A stretch of DNA of 64,000 bases from an uncultured Pelagibacteraceae bacterium (GTDB lineage: Bacteria; Pseudomonadota; Alphaproteobacteria; Pelagibacterales; Pelagibacteraceae). The DNA lies in contig CACMCS010000003.1 of assembly GCA_902612225.1 (NCBI GenBank), forward strand, positions 1,983-65,982, given 5' to 3'. Below, piece by piece: positions 28,033 through 38,731 of this stretch. Below the pieces are notes generated by a model, which saw nothing but the letters and a program-made list of their open reading frames with translations, ran no database searches and was not told the origin of the DNA. A program made the position numbers and the translations under genes. The stretch's first letter is position 1, and the number at the start of each line of letters is the position of its first letter.

Positions 28033-28767
28033 CTATAGTATCTGGCTGAGAAAAAGTTTAGTCCTATCGCTCTTAGGATTAGCAAAAAATTCCTTGGTAT
28101 CCGCTTTTTCTACTATCATTCCCTCATCCATAAATATCATTTGATCAGCAACTTCTTTAGCAAAACCCATTTCATGAGTTACAACAATCATAGTCATACC
28201 TTGTTTTGCAAGATTTACCATTACATCAAGCACTTCTTTAATCATTTCTGGGTCTAAAGCAGATGTAGGTTCATCAAAAAGCATTATTTTTGGCTCCATA
28301 CATAAAGCTCTCGCTATTGCAGCTCTTTGTTGTTGTCCTCCAGATAATTGGCCTGGATATTTTTGTGCTTGATCAAGAATTTGTACTCTTTCTAAATGTT
28401 TTAATGCTAATTCTTCCGCTTCTTTCTTCGGCATTTTTTTTACCCAAATAGGAGCTAATGTACAATTATCTAAAATTGATAAATGAGGAAATAAATTAAA
28501 TTGTTGGAATACCATACCAACTTCAGCTCTTATTTGTTCAATATTTTTTGTATCTTCTGTTAATTCAGTTCCATCAACAATAATATTTCCCTCTTGATGT
28601 TCCTCTAATCTATTGATGCATCTAATCAAAGTTGATTTTCCAGATCCTGATGGACCACATACTACAATTTTTTCTTTTGGTTTAACTTCTAAATTAATCT
28701 TTTTTAAAACTTGAAAGTCACCAAACCATTTGTTCATATTATTAATTTGGATGATGCTATCTGACAT
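28033..28767 (-). CDS. aapP: General L-amino acid ABC transporter ATPase
   Basis: [18 protein letters not shown] and [12 protein letters not shown] motifs. Confidence 0.92.
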   Translation of the reverse strand: MSDSIIQINNMNKWFGDFQVLKKINLEVKPKEKIVVCGPSGSGKSTLIRCINRLEEHQEGNIIVDGTELTEDTKNIEQIRAEVGMVFQQFNLFPHLSILDNCTLAPIWVKKMPKKEAEELALKHLERVQILDQAQKYPGQLSGGQQQRAAIARALCMEPKIMLFDEPTSALDPEMIKEVLDVMVNLAKQGMTMIVVTHEMGFAKEVADQMIFMDEGMIVEKADTKEFFANPKSDRTKLFLSQIL

Positions 28768-28772
28768 AATTT

Positions 28773-30215
28773 TTATCTATCTGTTTTATATTTTTGCTCT
28801 AAATTATAGCTATATTTACTCATTGCATAACAAATAATCCAGAAAATTATTGCTGCAAAAACATAACCTTCCATTGCAAAACCTAACCATTTTGGATTAG
28901 TTTTTGCTAGATTTAACATTCCAACTATTTCTAGTAGACCTACAACAAATATTAAAGGTGTATCTTTAACCAAAGCTAAAAATGTATTTGCAATTCCTGG
29001 AATTACTAATTTTAGTGCTTGCGGAAGTATCACAAATATGTGCATTTTCCAATATCCCATGCCTAAAGATTTTGCTGCCTCATATTGACCTCTTGGTAAA
29101 GCTTGTAGACCACCACGTATTACTTCTGCAACATAAGCAGCTTCAAATAATGAAATTGCAATAATTGCTCTTACTAATTTATCAATGAAAAAATCCTCTG
29201 GTAAAAACATCGGAAACATTACTGCTGACATAAATAGAACTGTTATTAAAGGTACACCTCTCCAAAATTCAATAAAGCCAACCGAAATATATCTAATTAG
29301 AGGAAAATTTGATCTTCTACCTAAAGCAAAAGCCATTCCTATTGGAAAACAGAAAATTAAGCAGAAAAAAGATATTATAAAAGTTAAAGATAATCCACCC
29401 CAGGCACCAGTCTCTACCCAGTTTAAACCATCTAATTTACCTAACTCAATGTATTCTTCAAAAAATATAAAATACTTTAAAGTTATATAAAGAGCTAAAG
29501 GTACAATTAAAAAATAATAGAACTTATATTTAGCAGGTATAAAAAATCCTAAAATAATAGATAAAATAGCTGCAATAATCCCATATGAAAAATCAAAAAA
29601 TACAGGACCACCAGATATAAAGAAAAAGATAAATAAGAATGCAATCAGAGGATAAATAACGACATAATAAAGAGTTAAATACTTCTTAAATCTATCAGTT
29701 GCAAAATAACCAACCGAGCCCATTAATACTAAGGCTATAAATGACAAATTTATTCTCCATTGCTCAGCATTAGGGTACATTCCATACATAAATCTTCTCA
29801 TCCAAACTTTAATGTATGTCCAGCATGCTCCTGAACCAGTACAAACATCTTTGGTATCGCCTGCGAAACTAGCATCTATTACAAACCAACTAAGAATAGG
29901 TGGAAGAGATTTGATAATAACAAATATAATTAGCAATGACAGAACTGCATTAAAGTTGTTGGTATTTATATGTTTATTTAAAAGATCTAATTGTTTTATT
30001 CCGCTAAATTCTATCCTTATGAAATAAAGTCCAATAAAACCTAATATTAATGGAAATAAAAAACTTAAAAAACCAGGCAAAAAACTAGTTATATTCAAAC
30101 TAAAAAATGAATTTAAAAAAACATCCAATACACTAATTAAAAATAAAAAAGAGCCTAAGTATAAGAAAGTATTTAAATTATTTTTATCAGGTCTTAAAAA
30201 ATTCATTTTTGACAT
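28773..30215 (-). CDS. aapM: General L-amino acid ABC transporter permease
   Basis: GACW, WGGL, RGVPLIT and [10 protein letters not shown] motifs. Confidence 0.9.
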   Translation of the reverse strand: MSKMNFLRPDKNNLNTFLYLGSFLFLISVLDVFLNSFFSLNITSFLPGFLSFLFPLILGFIGLYFIRIEFSGIKQLDLLNKHINTNNFNAVLSLLIIFVIIKSLPPILSWFVIDASFAGDTKDVCTGSGACWTYIKVWMRRFMYGMYPNAEQWRINLSFIALVLMGSVGYFATDRFKKYLTLYYVVIYPLIAFLFIFFFISGGPVFFDFSYGIIAAILSIILGFFIPAKYKFYYFLIVPLALYITLKYFIFFEEYIELGKLDGLNWVETGAWGGLSLTFIISFFCLIFCFPIGMAFALGRRSNFPLIRYISVGFIEFWRGVPLITVLFMSAVMFPMFLPEDFFIDKLVRAIIAISLFEAAYVAEVIRGGLQALPRGQYEAAKSLGMGYWKMHIFVILPQALKLVIPGIANTFLALVKDTPLIFVVGLLEIVGMLNLAKTNPKWLGFAMEGYVFAAIIFWIICYAMSKYSYNLEQKYKTDR

Positions 30216-31366
30216 TATTTTTCCTGTATTGCAATTTTTTTGTTATACCAATTCATTAAAAGTGAAATTGAAATACTTAAAGTTAAATAGGTAAACATAG
30301 TTATAGAAACTATTTCAATAGCTTTACCAGTTTGCATTAAAGCAGTCCCTGCAAACACTAAAACCAAATCTGGATAAGCTATAGCTGCTGCTAATGAAGA
30401 GTTTTTTGTTAAATTTAAATATTGATTTGTTGTTGGTGGAATTATTATTCTTAAAGCTTGAGGCATAATTACAAGTTTTAGAACCTGATTTGGAGTTAAT
30501 CCTATAGATGCCGCAGCCTCTTTTTGTCCTTTACCTACACCTTGAATTCCTGCTCTTACACACTCTGCAATAAAAGTAGCTGTGTATAGAGATAAAGATA
30601 AAGTAAGAGCTATCAATTCTGGAGGTAAACTTACTCCGCCCTCATATATGAAAGAAGTTGTAGCTAATTGTTTTAAAACAGGAACTTCAAATGAAATACC
30701 TACTCCACCAATCAAAAAACTTAAAAGAGGTAAAATAAATATTAATCCTATTGATATCAAAAATACTGGTATTTGTTTTCCTTGATTTTCTTGAACTCTC
30801 TTAGCATGAATGCGAATAACAATTATAGCAATAATTGCTGCAACTATTGAATAAAAGAAAACACTAAAATTTTGCCAAATAAACGCTGGAACATAAAGAC
30901 CTTTAATGGTTAAGAAAAAAACACCAAAAATTGCTTCTGCATCTTGTGGAAGTGGTAAAGCTCTTAATGCAGCAAAATACCAAAAAAATATTTGAAGCAG
31001 TAATGGTATGTTTCTAAAAAATTCAACATAAAAAGCTGCAAATTTATTTATTAAATAATTAGGAGATAACCTTGCTACACCAACTATTACACCAAGAATA
31101 GTTGCGATTATAATCCCAATAACTGAAACTAGAATTGTATTTAGTAGCCCGACTAAATAAGCTCTAAAATATGAATGTGAGCCATCGTACTCTATTAATG
31201 AAAATTGTACATCGAAAGAAGATTCTTGTGATAAGAACCCATAACCAAAATCAATCCCTCTATTTTCCATATTAATCTGAGCGTTGTAGGTAAAAAAACC
31301 AAAGACTAATACAACAGCAGTAACTGTAATTAATTGTGGAACAATATCTTTAAGTTTAAAATTCAC
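30215..31366 (-). CDS. aapQ: General L-amino acid ABC transporter permease
   Basis: VGLLNT, FRNIPLLLQ and QYLNLTKNSSLA motifs. Confidence 0.92.
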   Translation of the reverse strand: MNFKLKDIVPQLITVTAVVLVFGFFTYNAQINMENRGIDFGYGFLSQESSFDVQFSLIEYDGSHSYFRAYLVGLLNTILVSVIGIIIATILGVIVGVARLSPNYLINKFAAFYVEFFRNIPLLLQIFFWYFAALRALPLPQDAEAIFGVFFLTIKGLYVPAFIWQNFSVFFYSIVAAIIAIIVIRIHAKRVQENQGKQIPVFLISIGLIFILPLLSFLIGGVGISFEVPVLKQLATTSFIYEGGVSLPPELIALTLSLSLYTATFIAECVRAGIQGVGKGQKEAAASIGLTPNQVLKLVIMPQALRIIIPPTTNQYLNLTKNSSLAAAIAYPDLVLVFAGTALMQTGKAIEIVSITMFTYLTLSISISLLMNWYNKKIAIQEK

Positions 31367-31390
31367 GATGGAAATAATATAGAAGCTTAT

Positions 31391-31423
31391 AAAAAAAAGG
31401 GCTAGAAAAATCTAGCCCTTTTT
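31391..31423 (-). terminator. Intrinsic terminator or stabilising hairpin between aapJ and aapQ
   Basis: GGGCTAGA-N4-TCTAGCCC stem followed by U8 on the minus strand. Confidence 0.88.
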
Positions 31424-31441
31424 AATCATTTAAATATGCAA

Positions 31442-32482
31442 TTATCTTGCAGGTGGTACGTAAAGAATTCCACCCTTAGTCCATAATTCATTTGGACCTC
31501 TATCAGGTAAAATTCCAGTGTCAGCTATATTTCTTTTATAGCTTTCACCATAGTTACCAACTTGCTTAATAATTCTTAAACTCCAGTCGTTATCTAGACC
31601 AAAAGCAGCACCTAACTCACCTTCTGCTCCAACTAATCTTTTGATAGCTGGGTTATCAGAAGTTTTCATCATATCTGCATTTGCTGATGTAATACCGTAT
31701 TCTTCTGCTTCGATCATAGTATTTAATGACCATCTTACGATATCTTCCCACACAGAATCACCTTGTCTTACAACAGGACCTAATGGCTCCTTTGATACAG
31801 TTTCAGGTAACACAATGTGTTCATCTGGATTAGACATTTTTGTTCTCTGTGCAGCAAGACCAGATTTATCAGTAGTGTAAGTATCACATCTACCTGCATC
31901 ATAAGCAGCTACAACTTCATCAGCTTTTTCAAAAGCAACTGGTTCATATTTTATTCCTTTTGAATTAAAGAAGTCTCTCATATTTAACTCAGTAGTTGTA
32001 CCAATGTTTGTACAAGCTGAGATACCATCTTTGAATTGGCTTGTTGAAGTAATACCAGAACTTTTTCTAACCATAAAACCTTGGCCATCGTAGAAGTTTA
32101 CTCCAACGAATGTAAGTCCGATATCAGCATCTCTTGAAAGAGTCCAAGTTGTGTTTCTTGATAAGATATCAATCTCACCAGAAGTTAAAGCTGTAAACCT
32201 TTCTTTAGCACTTAGCGGTGTAAACTTAACTTTGTTTGCATCACCTAGTACTGCAGCAGCTACCGCTCTACATACATCAACGTCAATACCAGTCCAATTT
32301 CCTGCAGCATCAGCGTTAGAAAATCCTGGAAGACCTTGAGATACTCCACATCTTACAAAACCCTTTTTTTGAGTGTTTTTAAGTGTTTTAGATTTTTTAG
32401 CAGCCATAGACTCTGTTGTAAAAGTGAACAACACAGCTACCATAGCAACTAAAGAAGTTAATTGTTTTAAGTATTTAAACAT
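31442..32482 (-). CDS. aapJ: General L-amino acid ABC transporter substrate-binding protein (AapJ/BztA)
   Basis: CGVSQGLPGFS, SRNTTWT, YDGQGF, SKEPLGP and VGNYGE motifs. Confidence 0.94.
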   Translation of the reverse strand: MFKYLKQLTSLVAMVAVLFTFTTESMAAKKSKTLKNTQKKGFVRCGVSQGLPGFSNADAAGNWTGIDVDVCRAVAAAVLGDANKVKFTPLSAKERFTALTSGEIDILSRNTTWTLSRDADIGLTFVGVNFYDGQGFMVRKSSGITSTSQFKDGISACTNIGTTTELNMRDFFNSKGIKYEPVAFEKADEVVAAYDAGRCDTYTTDKSGLAAQRTKMSNPDEHIVLPETVSKEPLGPVVRQGDSVWEDIVRWSLNTMIEAEEYGITSANADMMKTSDNPAIKRLVGAEGELGAAFGLDNDWSLRIIKQVGNYGESYKRNIADTGILPDRGPNELWTKGGILYVPPAR

Positions 32483-32656
32483 ATTTCTTCCTATTGTTTA
32501 TTTATTTGTTAACAAATAATTCAAAATTACTTTTGAATATTCATAATTTAAGCATGTTCAAAAATACTCTTCAAGAGGAATTTATTAGGATTTTTGACTT
32601 AGTAAAATTCTAGTCAAGATAATAATTATATAAAAATTACGTTGAAAATTGATGTA

Positions 32657-32733
32657 TGGCGCGCCCTGAAGGATTCGAACCTACGACCCTCGGTTTAGAA
32701 AACCGATGCTCTATCCAGCTGAGCTAAGGGCGC
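32657..32733 (-). tRNA. tRNA-Arg(TCT)
   Basis: Reverse complement GCGCCCTTAGCTCAGCTGGATAGAGCATCGGTTTTCTAAACCGA...GTTCGAATCC...GGGCGCGCCA. Confidence 0.96.
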
Positions 32734-32765
32734 ATCAAAATTAATCTTACATATACAATAATAAG

Positions 32766-34173
32766 TTAATTTTTAAAAAGGAATTTTTTTATTAAAAGCA
32801 AAATTGTTAATAACTCAATCCGACCTACAATCATAAAGAAAATAAGACAATATTTACTAAATAATTGAAGGTTATAAAAATCAAATTCTTCTAAACCATA
32901 GATTGAGGAATTAACAGTATTCATCAAAGTTAAAATCGACAATTTAAATGAATTTACAAATGTTATTCCACTTAAACTAAGCAATGAAGTTAATATAAAT
33001 AATGACAAAATGAATATTATTATTGTTAAAAAATATTTATTTATCTCATAAAGATTAAAATTAATTTTTGTAAATATTAGCTTATTCATAAAAACATTCT
33101 TAGGTCTGCTAAAAGATAAAATTTGATTTAAAGAAAACTTAAATAGTGAATAAATTTTTATAAACCTTAACCCAGAACTTGTTGAAAAAAAAGAACCACC
33201 TATGATAACCAAGATTAAGTATATAAAGTTTAAATTTTCTTGGCTCGGACTTAGTGAAAAACCAATATTTGTCATACTACTGATTATTGCAAAAAGATTA
33301 ACAAAAAAAATCATAATTAAAACTAAAAAAAAGAAAAAATATAGTTACTACGACTACTAAATAAACAAACAGGTGAAGATCTTCATAGAAAAAATTAACA
33401 TTTTTTTTTCTTAAAAAAATTAAATTGTATGAGAAAAAAAGACTAAAAAAAGAAAACAACATCATAAAAGAAAATATAATTATTTGAGTATTTTCTTTGA
33501 TTATCATTGATAAATCGTTGACTGGTAAAAAACCGCCAGATGAAATTATTGTTAAAGCTAAATTTAATGAGTCAAACGTTCTTATCGAAAAAATATTCAA
33601 AATTACAAATATTAGTATTGTCAATGATGAGTATAAAATAAATATTTTTGTTGCTTGTTTTAAAATTTCTGAACTATTAAAAGATATAAAATTCGTTAAA
33701 GTTTTTTTAAAACTATCATCATAAATATCAATTAAATAAATTATAGAAAATAAAAAATAAAGACCACCTATCCATTGAGTGGATGATCTCCATATAATTA
33801 GACTTTGATCAACTAGTTTAATGTTGTCAAAAACTGTGAAACCAGTGGATGTAAATCCTGATATTGCTTCAAAAAAAGAATTTGAAAAAGTTAGATTGTA
33901 AATACTAAAATAAAATGGAATTGATAACACTAATGGTATTAACAGATAACCTAAAAAAATAGTTAATATTTTCTCAAAAATATTAGATTTAAAATCATAT
34001 TTCCCAAATTTAAATAAAACTATAAATAAAATAAATGATGCAACTAAAGTATAATAATAAGTATCTAAATTTAGATATAAATTGAAATAGTAAGAATAAA
34101 GAATATTAAAAAAAGAGAGTATTGAAATAATACCAAAAAAGAAACTTAAATATTTGATCTGTAATTTAAACAT
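32766..34173 (-). pseudogene. trkH: TrkH potassium uptake permease split by a frameshift (ORFs 33298-34173 and 32766-33314); may be a sequencing error
   Basis: FEAISGFTSTG, QWIGGL and ISSGGF in the first ORF; STSSGLR and MIVGRIE in the second; removing one base of the A8 run at 33303-33310 joins the frames. Confidence 0.75.
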
Positions 34174-34177
34174 TCAA

Positions 34178-35569
34178 TTAAACAGAGCTAAGTCTAAAAA
34201 GATTTTCTACAACTCCAACTGTGTCTTTTTTTACAATTAAAACAATCTGATCATCTTTTAGAAAAATAAAATCAGATTTTGGGATAATTACTTTTTTGTT
34301 TCTTAAAACAGCACCGATTCTTATTTCCTCTGGTAAATTTGAATTTTTTAACTCTTTATTAATTAATTCTGAAGACTCAATTATCTCAGCCTCTATTACT
34401 TCGTACTCACCATTAGATATTGTGTAAGCATTTTCAATAGTTCCTTTATGAATATGCTTTAAAATACTTGAGACGGTATTCATTCTAGGATCAATAAGAT
34501 CATCAATTTTCAAAGATGACTGTAAAAGAGAATAGTTAGGTTTGTTAATTAGAGCCATGGTTCTTTTATCTTCAATATCTTTTTGATCTTTAGCAAATTT
34601 TTCTACAAGAACACTTACCATTAAATTATCTTCATCATCATTAGTAAGTGCTAGAACAGTTTCTGCTTCATCTAAATTTGCTTCTGTTAAAACTTCTTCA
34701 TCTAATCCATTTCCATTTATTACAATTGTATTATTCAATTCATTTGCAAGGTACTCGGATCGCGACTTATCTTTTTCTACAATCTTTACTCTCACACCTT
34801 CTAATGTATCTTCAATATTTTTAGCTAAATTATAACCAATATTTCCTCCTCCAATAATCAAGATTTTTTTAGATATTTTTTCTGAATGACCAAATGCTTC
34901 GAGAGTCTCTGCCATTTGTGAAGAATTAATTATTACATAAATTTTATCATTTACTTTTACTTGATCAGTTTTCTTTGGTATAAAAGATTTCTCATTTCTA
35001 ATTATTGCAACTATATTTGCATCTAAATTTGGAAATTTATTTGTTAGTTCATTAAGTTTTAAACCGACCAATTTACAATTATCTTTAATTAAAATTTCTA
35101 AAAGTCTGATTTGATTTTCTGCAAATGGGACACTATCTAATGCACCTGGTGCCTCCAACTTTCTTTGTATTGATCTTGCAATTTCAATTTCTGGTGAAAT
35201 TATTACGTCTATTGGTAAGTTTTCTTTATTGTAAACTCTAGTAAATTTTGGATTTAAATAATCTTGAGATCTTATTCTAGCTATTTTTTTTGGTATATTA
35301 AAAATAGAGAATGCTATTTGACAAATTAACATATTAATTTCGTCATTTCTAGTAACTGCTATTATCATATCAGTTTCAGCTGCATTAGCTTTTTCAAGTA
35401 TTGAAGGATAGGTTGCTTTACCAACAATTGCTTTTACATCAAGTGAGTCATTAATTTTTTGTATATCTTCACTAGATTGATCAATTACAGTAATAGAGTG
35501 ACCCTGTTCACTGAGTAATTTTGCAATAGTGAAACCTACTCTTCCGGCACCACAAATTATAATATTCAT
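34178..35569 (-). CDS. trkA: Trk system NAD-binding subunit
   Basis: Two RCK domains (GAGRVG, GGGNIG); IARIR and ISPE motifs. Confidence 0.95.
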   Translation of the reverse strand: MNIIICGAGRVGFTIAKLLSEQGHSITVIDQSSEDIQKINDSLDVKAIVGKATYPSILEKANAAETDMIIAVTRNDEINMLICQIAFSIFNIPKKIARIRSQDYLNPKFTRVYNKENLPIDVIISPEIEIARSIQRKLEAPGALDSVPFAENQIRLLEILIKDNCKLVGLKLNELTNKFPNLDANIVAIIRNEKSFIPKKTDQVKVNDKIYVIINSSQMAETLEAFGHSEKISKKILIIGGGNIGYNLAKNIEDTLEGVRVKIVEKDKSRSEYLANELNNTIVINGNGLDEEVLTEANLDEAETVLALTNDDEDNLMVSVLVEKFAKDQKDIEDKRTMALINKPNYSLLQSSLKIDDLIDPRMNTVSSILKHIHKGTIENAYTISNGEYEVIEAEIIESSELINKELKNSNLPEEIRIGAVLRNKKVIIPKSDFIFLKDDQIVLIVKKDTVGVVENLFRLSSV

Positions 35570-35570
35570 T

Positions 35571-36926
35571 TTAATTAAATTCTTTTATTCCAAGACCTTT
35601 AAGTTTTCTATGTAACGCACTTCTTTCCATACCAACAAAAGTAGCTGTTTTAGATATATTTCCATTAAATTTTTTAAGCTGAAGACTTAAATACTCTTTT
35701 TCAAACTTTTCTCTAGCCTCTTTTAAAGGCACAGATAAACTATTTTCATTAAATCTGCTGCTATTTACTCCAGATTTTAAAGATTCCTTTATAATATTAG
35801 AAACTTTTTCTTGAGTATTAGGTTGTAATATTGCAATTCTTTCAATTAAATTTCTTAATTCCCTTACATTTCCATGCCAATCATGATTCAAAATATAGCT
35901 ATTATTTTCATCAATTTCTAAATTTTTTATATTGTAACTTTTGGAAATTTCATCTGAAAAGTACTTTATAAGTAAAGGTATATCTGAAATTCTCTCACTT
36001 AATGGTTTAATATTAATCTCAAATACATTTAATCTATGGAATAAATCCTCTCTAAAATTTCCTAACTCTATTTCTTGTTTAAGATCTTTGCTAGATGAGC
36101 AGATTAGTCTGACATTTACATTAATATCATTATTACCATTTACTCTTTTAAATTTCTGATCTGTCAAAACTCTTAAAATTTTTGATTGTATTGCTAATGG
36201 TATTTCAGATACTTGATCTACTAGAAGTGTACCATTATTTGCCTTTTCTAATGCTCCGTAAGATATAGATCCATCATTTTTTTCTTCACCAAATAACTCT
36301 AAATCATATTTATCATTATCAAGTAAAGCACCATTAATTATTACAAAGGGCTTATTCTTTCTTTTTGAATTTTTATGTATTTTTCGAGCAATTAATTCCT
36401 TGCCAGAACCTGAAGGTCCATTAATAAAAATTCTACTTTCAGTAACAGAAATTTTTTCAATTTGATCTTTTATATTTATAATATTTTTACTATCACCAAT
36501 TAACTCATAAGAGGAAAAGAGTTTATTTTCGTATTCTTTATTTTGTGTCTTTAAGCTTAAATTTTCAACGGCTCTACTTATAAAATTTAATAATCTTGTT
36601 TTATCAAAAGGTTTTTCAACAAATTCAAATGCTCCATGTTTTAACGAATTTACTGCCATTTCTATATTTGCATGTCCTGAAATCATAATCACAGGTACGT
36701 CAATATTTTTTGATTTTATGTGTGTTAAAAGTTGTATACCATCATTGTCACCTTTATCTAATTTAACATCTAGTATCGCAACATCTGGCATCTTTTTATC
36801 AATTTCATTTAACGCTTGATTATAGTTCGCAGCTAATCGTGTTTGATAACCTGCATCAACAATAAGATCATTCAGAATATTTCTTATATCTGAATTATCA
36901 TCAACAATTAGTATTTCTATGCTCAT
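35571..36926 (-). CDS. ntrX: NtrX response regulator (REC-AAA+-HTH)
   Basis: ISGHANIE, GPSGSGKE, no GAFTGA, GMERSALHRK; located between ntrY and trkA. Confidence 0.92.
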   Translation of the reverse strand: MSIEILIVDDNSDIRNILNDLIVDAGYQTRLAANYNQALNEIDKKMPDVAILDVKLDKGDNDGIQLLTHIKSKNIDVPVIMISGHANIEMAVNSLKHGAFEFVEKPFDKTRLLNFISRAVENLSLKTQNKEYENKLFSSYELIGDSKNIINIKDQIEKISVTESRIFINGPSGSGKELIARKIHKNSKRKNKPFVIINGALLDNDKYDLELFGEEKNDGSISYGALEKANNGTLLVDQVSEIPLAIQSKILRVLTDQKFKRVNGNNDINVNVRLICSSSKDLKQEIELGNFREDLFHRLNVFEINIKPLSERISDIPLLIKYFSDEISKSYNIKNLEIDENNSYILNHDWHGNVRELRNLIERIAILQPNTQEKVSNIIKESLKSGVNSSRFNENSLSVPLKEAREKFEKEYLSLQLKKFNGNISKTATFVGMERSALHRKLKGLGIKEFN

Positions 36927-38705
36927 TTAATTAAACTTAATCTCAATTTTTGCTCCATTTGAAATCGAAACAAAATCTATTTCACCATTATGATCATTAA
37001 TAATTTTATTTACTATCGAAAGACCTAATCCTGTACCATTTTTTTTTGTTGTGTAGTAAGGGTTCAAAATATCTTTTATATTGTTTTTTATATTTTTAAA
37101 ACCTAACCCACTATCTATAATTATAATAGAGATTTGGTTATTTATCTCAAAAATTTCAATAGTAATAATTTTATCGAAATTACTTGTATTTTCTGCTTTT
37201 TGTTGAATACTTTCAATGGAGTTTTTAATTAAATTAAATATTACTCTACTAATTTGCTCTTTATCACATTCTAATAAGATTGACGATTTTTTGTTATTTA
37301 AATCAATCTTAATCGAAGGGTCTATTTCAGATAATAATTTAATATTTTCATGAATTATACTAATTAAATCATTTTTTTTTAAAACTGGTTTAGGCATTCT
37401 AGCAAAGTCAGAAAATTCATTTACTAAATTACCAATTTGTTTGATCTGATTATTTATGATTTTTAAATTTTCCTCAAAATTATCTTTTTCATTCTTATCA
37501 ACTTGTTTTATATATTTTTCTTTAATTCTATCGATTGATAATTGAATTGGGGTGAGAGGATTTTTAATTTCATGAGCTAATTTTCTTGCAAGATTACCCC
37601 AAGCTTCATATCTCTCATTAATAATCAATTTATCTTGCTGATTTTTTAATCTAACAATCATTGAATTAAAATTTTTGTTTAAAATTTCTAAATCTTTATC
37701 TGTTTTTATCTCAGGTACTTTTGTAGTTAAATCGCCTTCTCCTATTGCGGTAGATGCTGAAATTAAATTATTTATGGATCTGAAAAATCTTGAAGAAAAT
37801 CTTATTGCAATAGTGATTGATATAAAAAGTAAAAGAGTAACTATAATTATATATATAATTGCAAAGGAAATCTTTATGCCTGTACTTCTTTCCTCAACCG
37901 TATAATAAAAATTGATTGCTTCTTGAGACTCATTTAAATATTTTGAAATATCTTTATCAAGGTATTTTACAACATATAAAAATCTGTTTTCAAAAGCTTG
38001 AAGTCTCATTATTGCTGCTGAAATATTTTCAGGCGCATTTATTATTTTAAGTGGTCTATCGTCATCTAAAACAAGTTTTAGTGTTTTATCTATGGGAGGA
38101 ACATATTTTGTACGATCATCTATATTGGTAAATAGTAATTCTTTATTTTGATCAATTATGTGTATTTCATCAATATCTCTTATCAATTTTTGAGTTTTTA
38201 AAAATCTTGCATATTCTTTATTGTTATCATTTAAAAATTTAGCACTTTTGTTGGTATCAAAAGCAATCAATATAATATCAGACTCAATTTTGTTTCTTAC
38301 TTCCTCAACATAACTTTTAGCAAGTTCATAAGAATTATTTACAACCGTTGTCACTTTTTTATCAAAATATTTTTCAAGAGCAAAAGAAAATAGAAAAAGT
38401 GAAAAAATTGAAATCAATATTGAAGGGATTAAAGTGAAGAGCGAAAAATAAGTAATATATTTTTTATTTGATTTTAATCCATCCTTATCAATATCATTTC
38501 GAATAGATTTTTTTATCTCTAAAAAAATTAATACAAATAACGATAAAAGTAATAAAATATTTACAATTAACAAATTTTGTAAATTATTTTGATTTAATTC
38601 AATAAAACTTCTATCTATAAATGTTAAAAAAGTTAAAAATCCTAAAAATAGTGTGATACTAGATAGAATAATTATGAAAATATTTTTTTTCAAAAATTCA
38701 AGCAT
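36927..38705 (-). CDS. ntrY: NtrY-type sensor histidine kinase
   Basis: TM segments, HAMP, AWGNLARKLAHEIKNPLTPIQL, EFSDFARMP and GTGLGL. Confidence 0.9.
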   Translation of the reverse strand: MLEFLKKNIFIIILSSITLFLGFLTFLTFIDRSFIELNQNNLQNLLIVNILLLLSLFVLIFLEIKKSIRNDIDKDGLKSNKKYITYFSLFTLIPSILISIFSLFLFSFALEKYFDKKVTTVVNNSYELAKSYVEEVRNKIESDIILIAFDTNKSAKFLNDNNKEYARFLKTQKLIRDIDEIHIIDQNKELLFTNIDDRTKYVPPIDKTLKLVLDDDRPLKIINAPENISAAIMRLQAFENRFLYVVKYLDKDISKYLNESQEAINFYYTVEERSTGIKISFAIIYIIIVTLLLFISITIAIRFSSRFFRSINNLISASTAIGEGDLTTKVPEIKTDKDLEILNKNFNSMIVRLKNQQDKLIINERYEAWGNLARKLAHEIKNPLTPIQLSIDRIKEKYIKQVDKNEKDNFEENLKIINNQIKQIGNLVNEFSDFARMPKPVLKKNDLISIIHENIKLLSEIDPSIKIDLNNKKSSILLECDKEQISRVIFNLIKNSIESIQQKAENTSNFDKIITIEIFEINNQISIIIIDSGLGFKNIKNNIKDILNPYYTTKKNGTGLGLSIVNKIINDHNGEIDFVSISNGAKIEIKFN

Positions 38706-38731
38706 ATTTAAGAATTATAGTATTTAAAGGA

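Noticed and set aside
27298-32733. tRNA-flanked XRE-aapJQMP block as an integrated mobile element
   Set aside because: No integrase or duplicated tRNA 3' ends seen; the content is typical core transport genes
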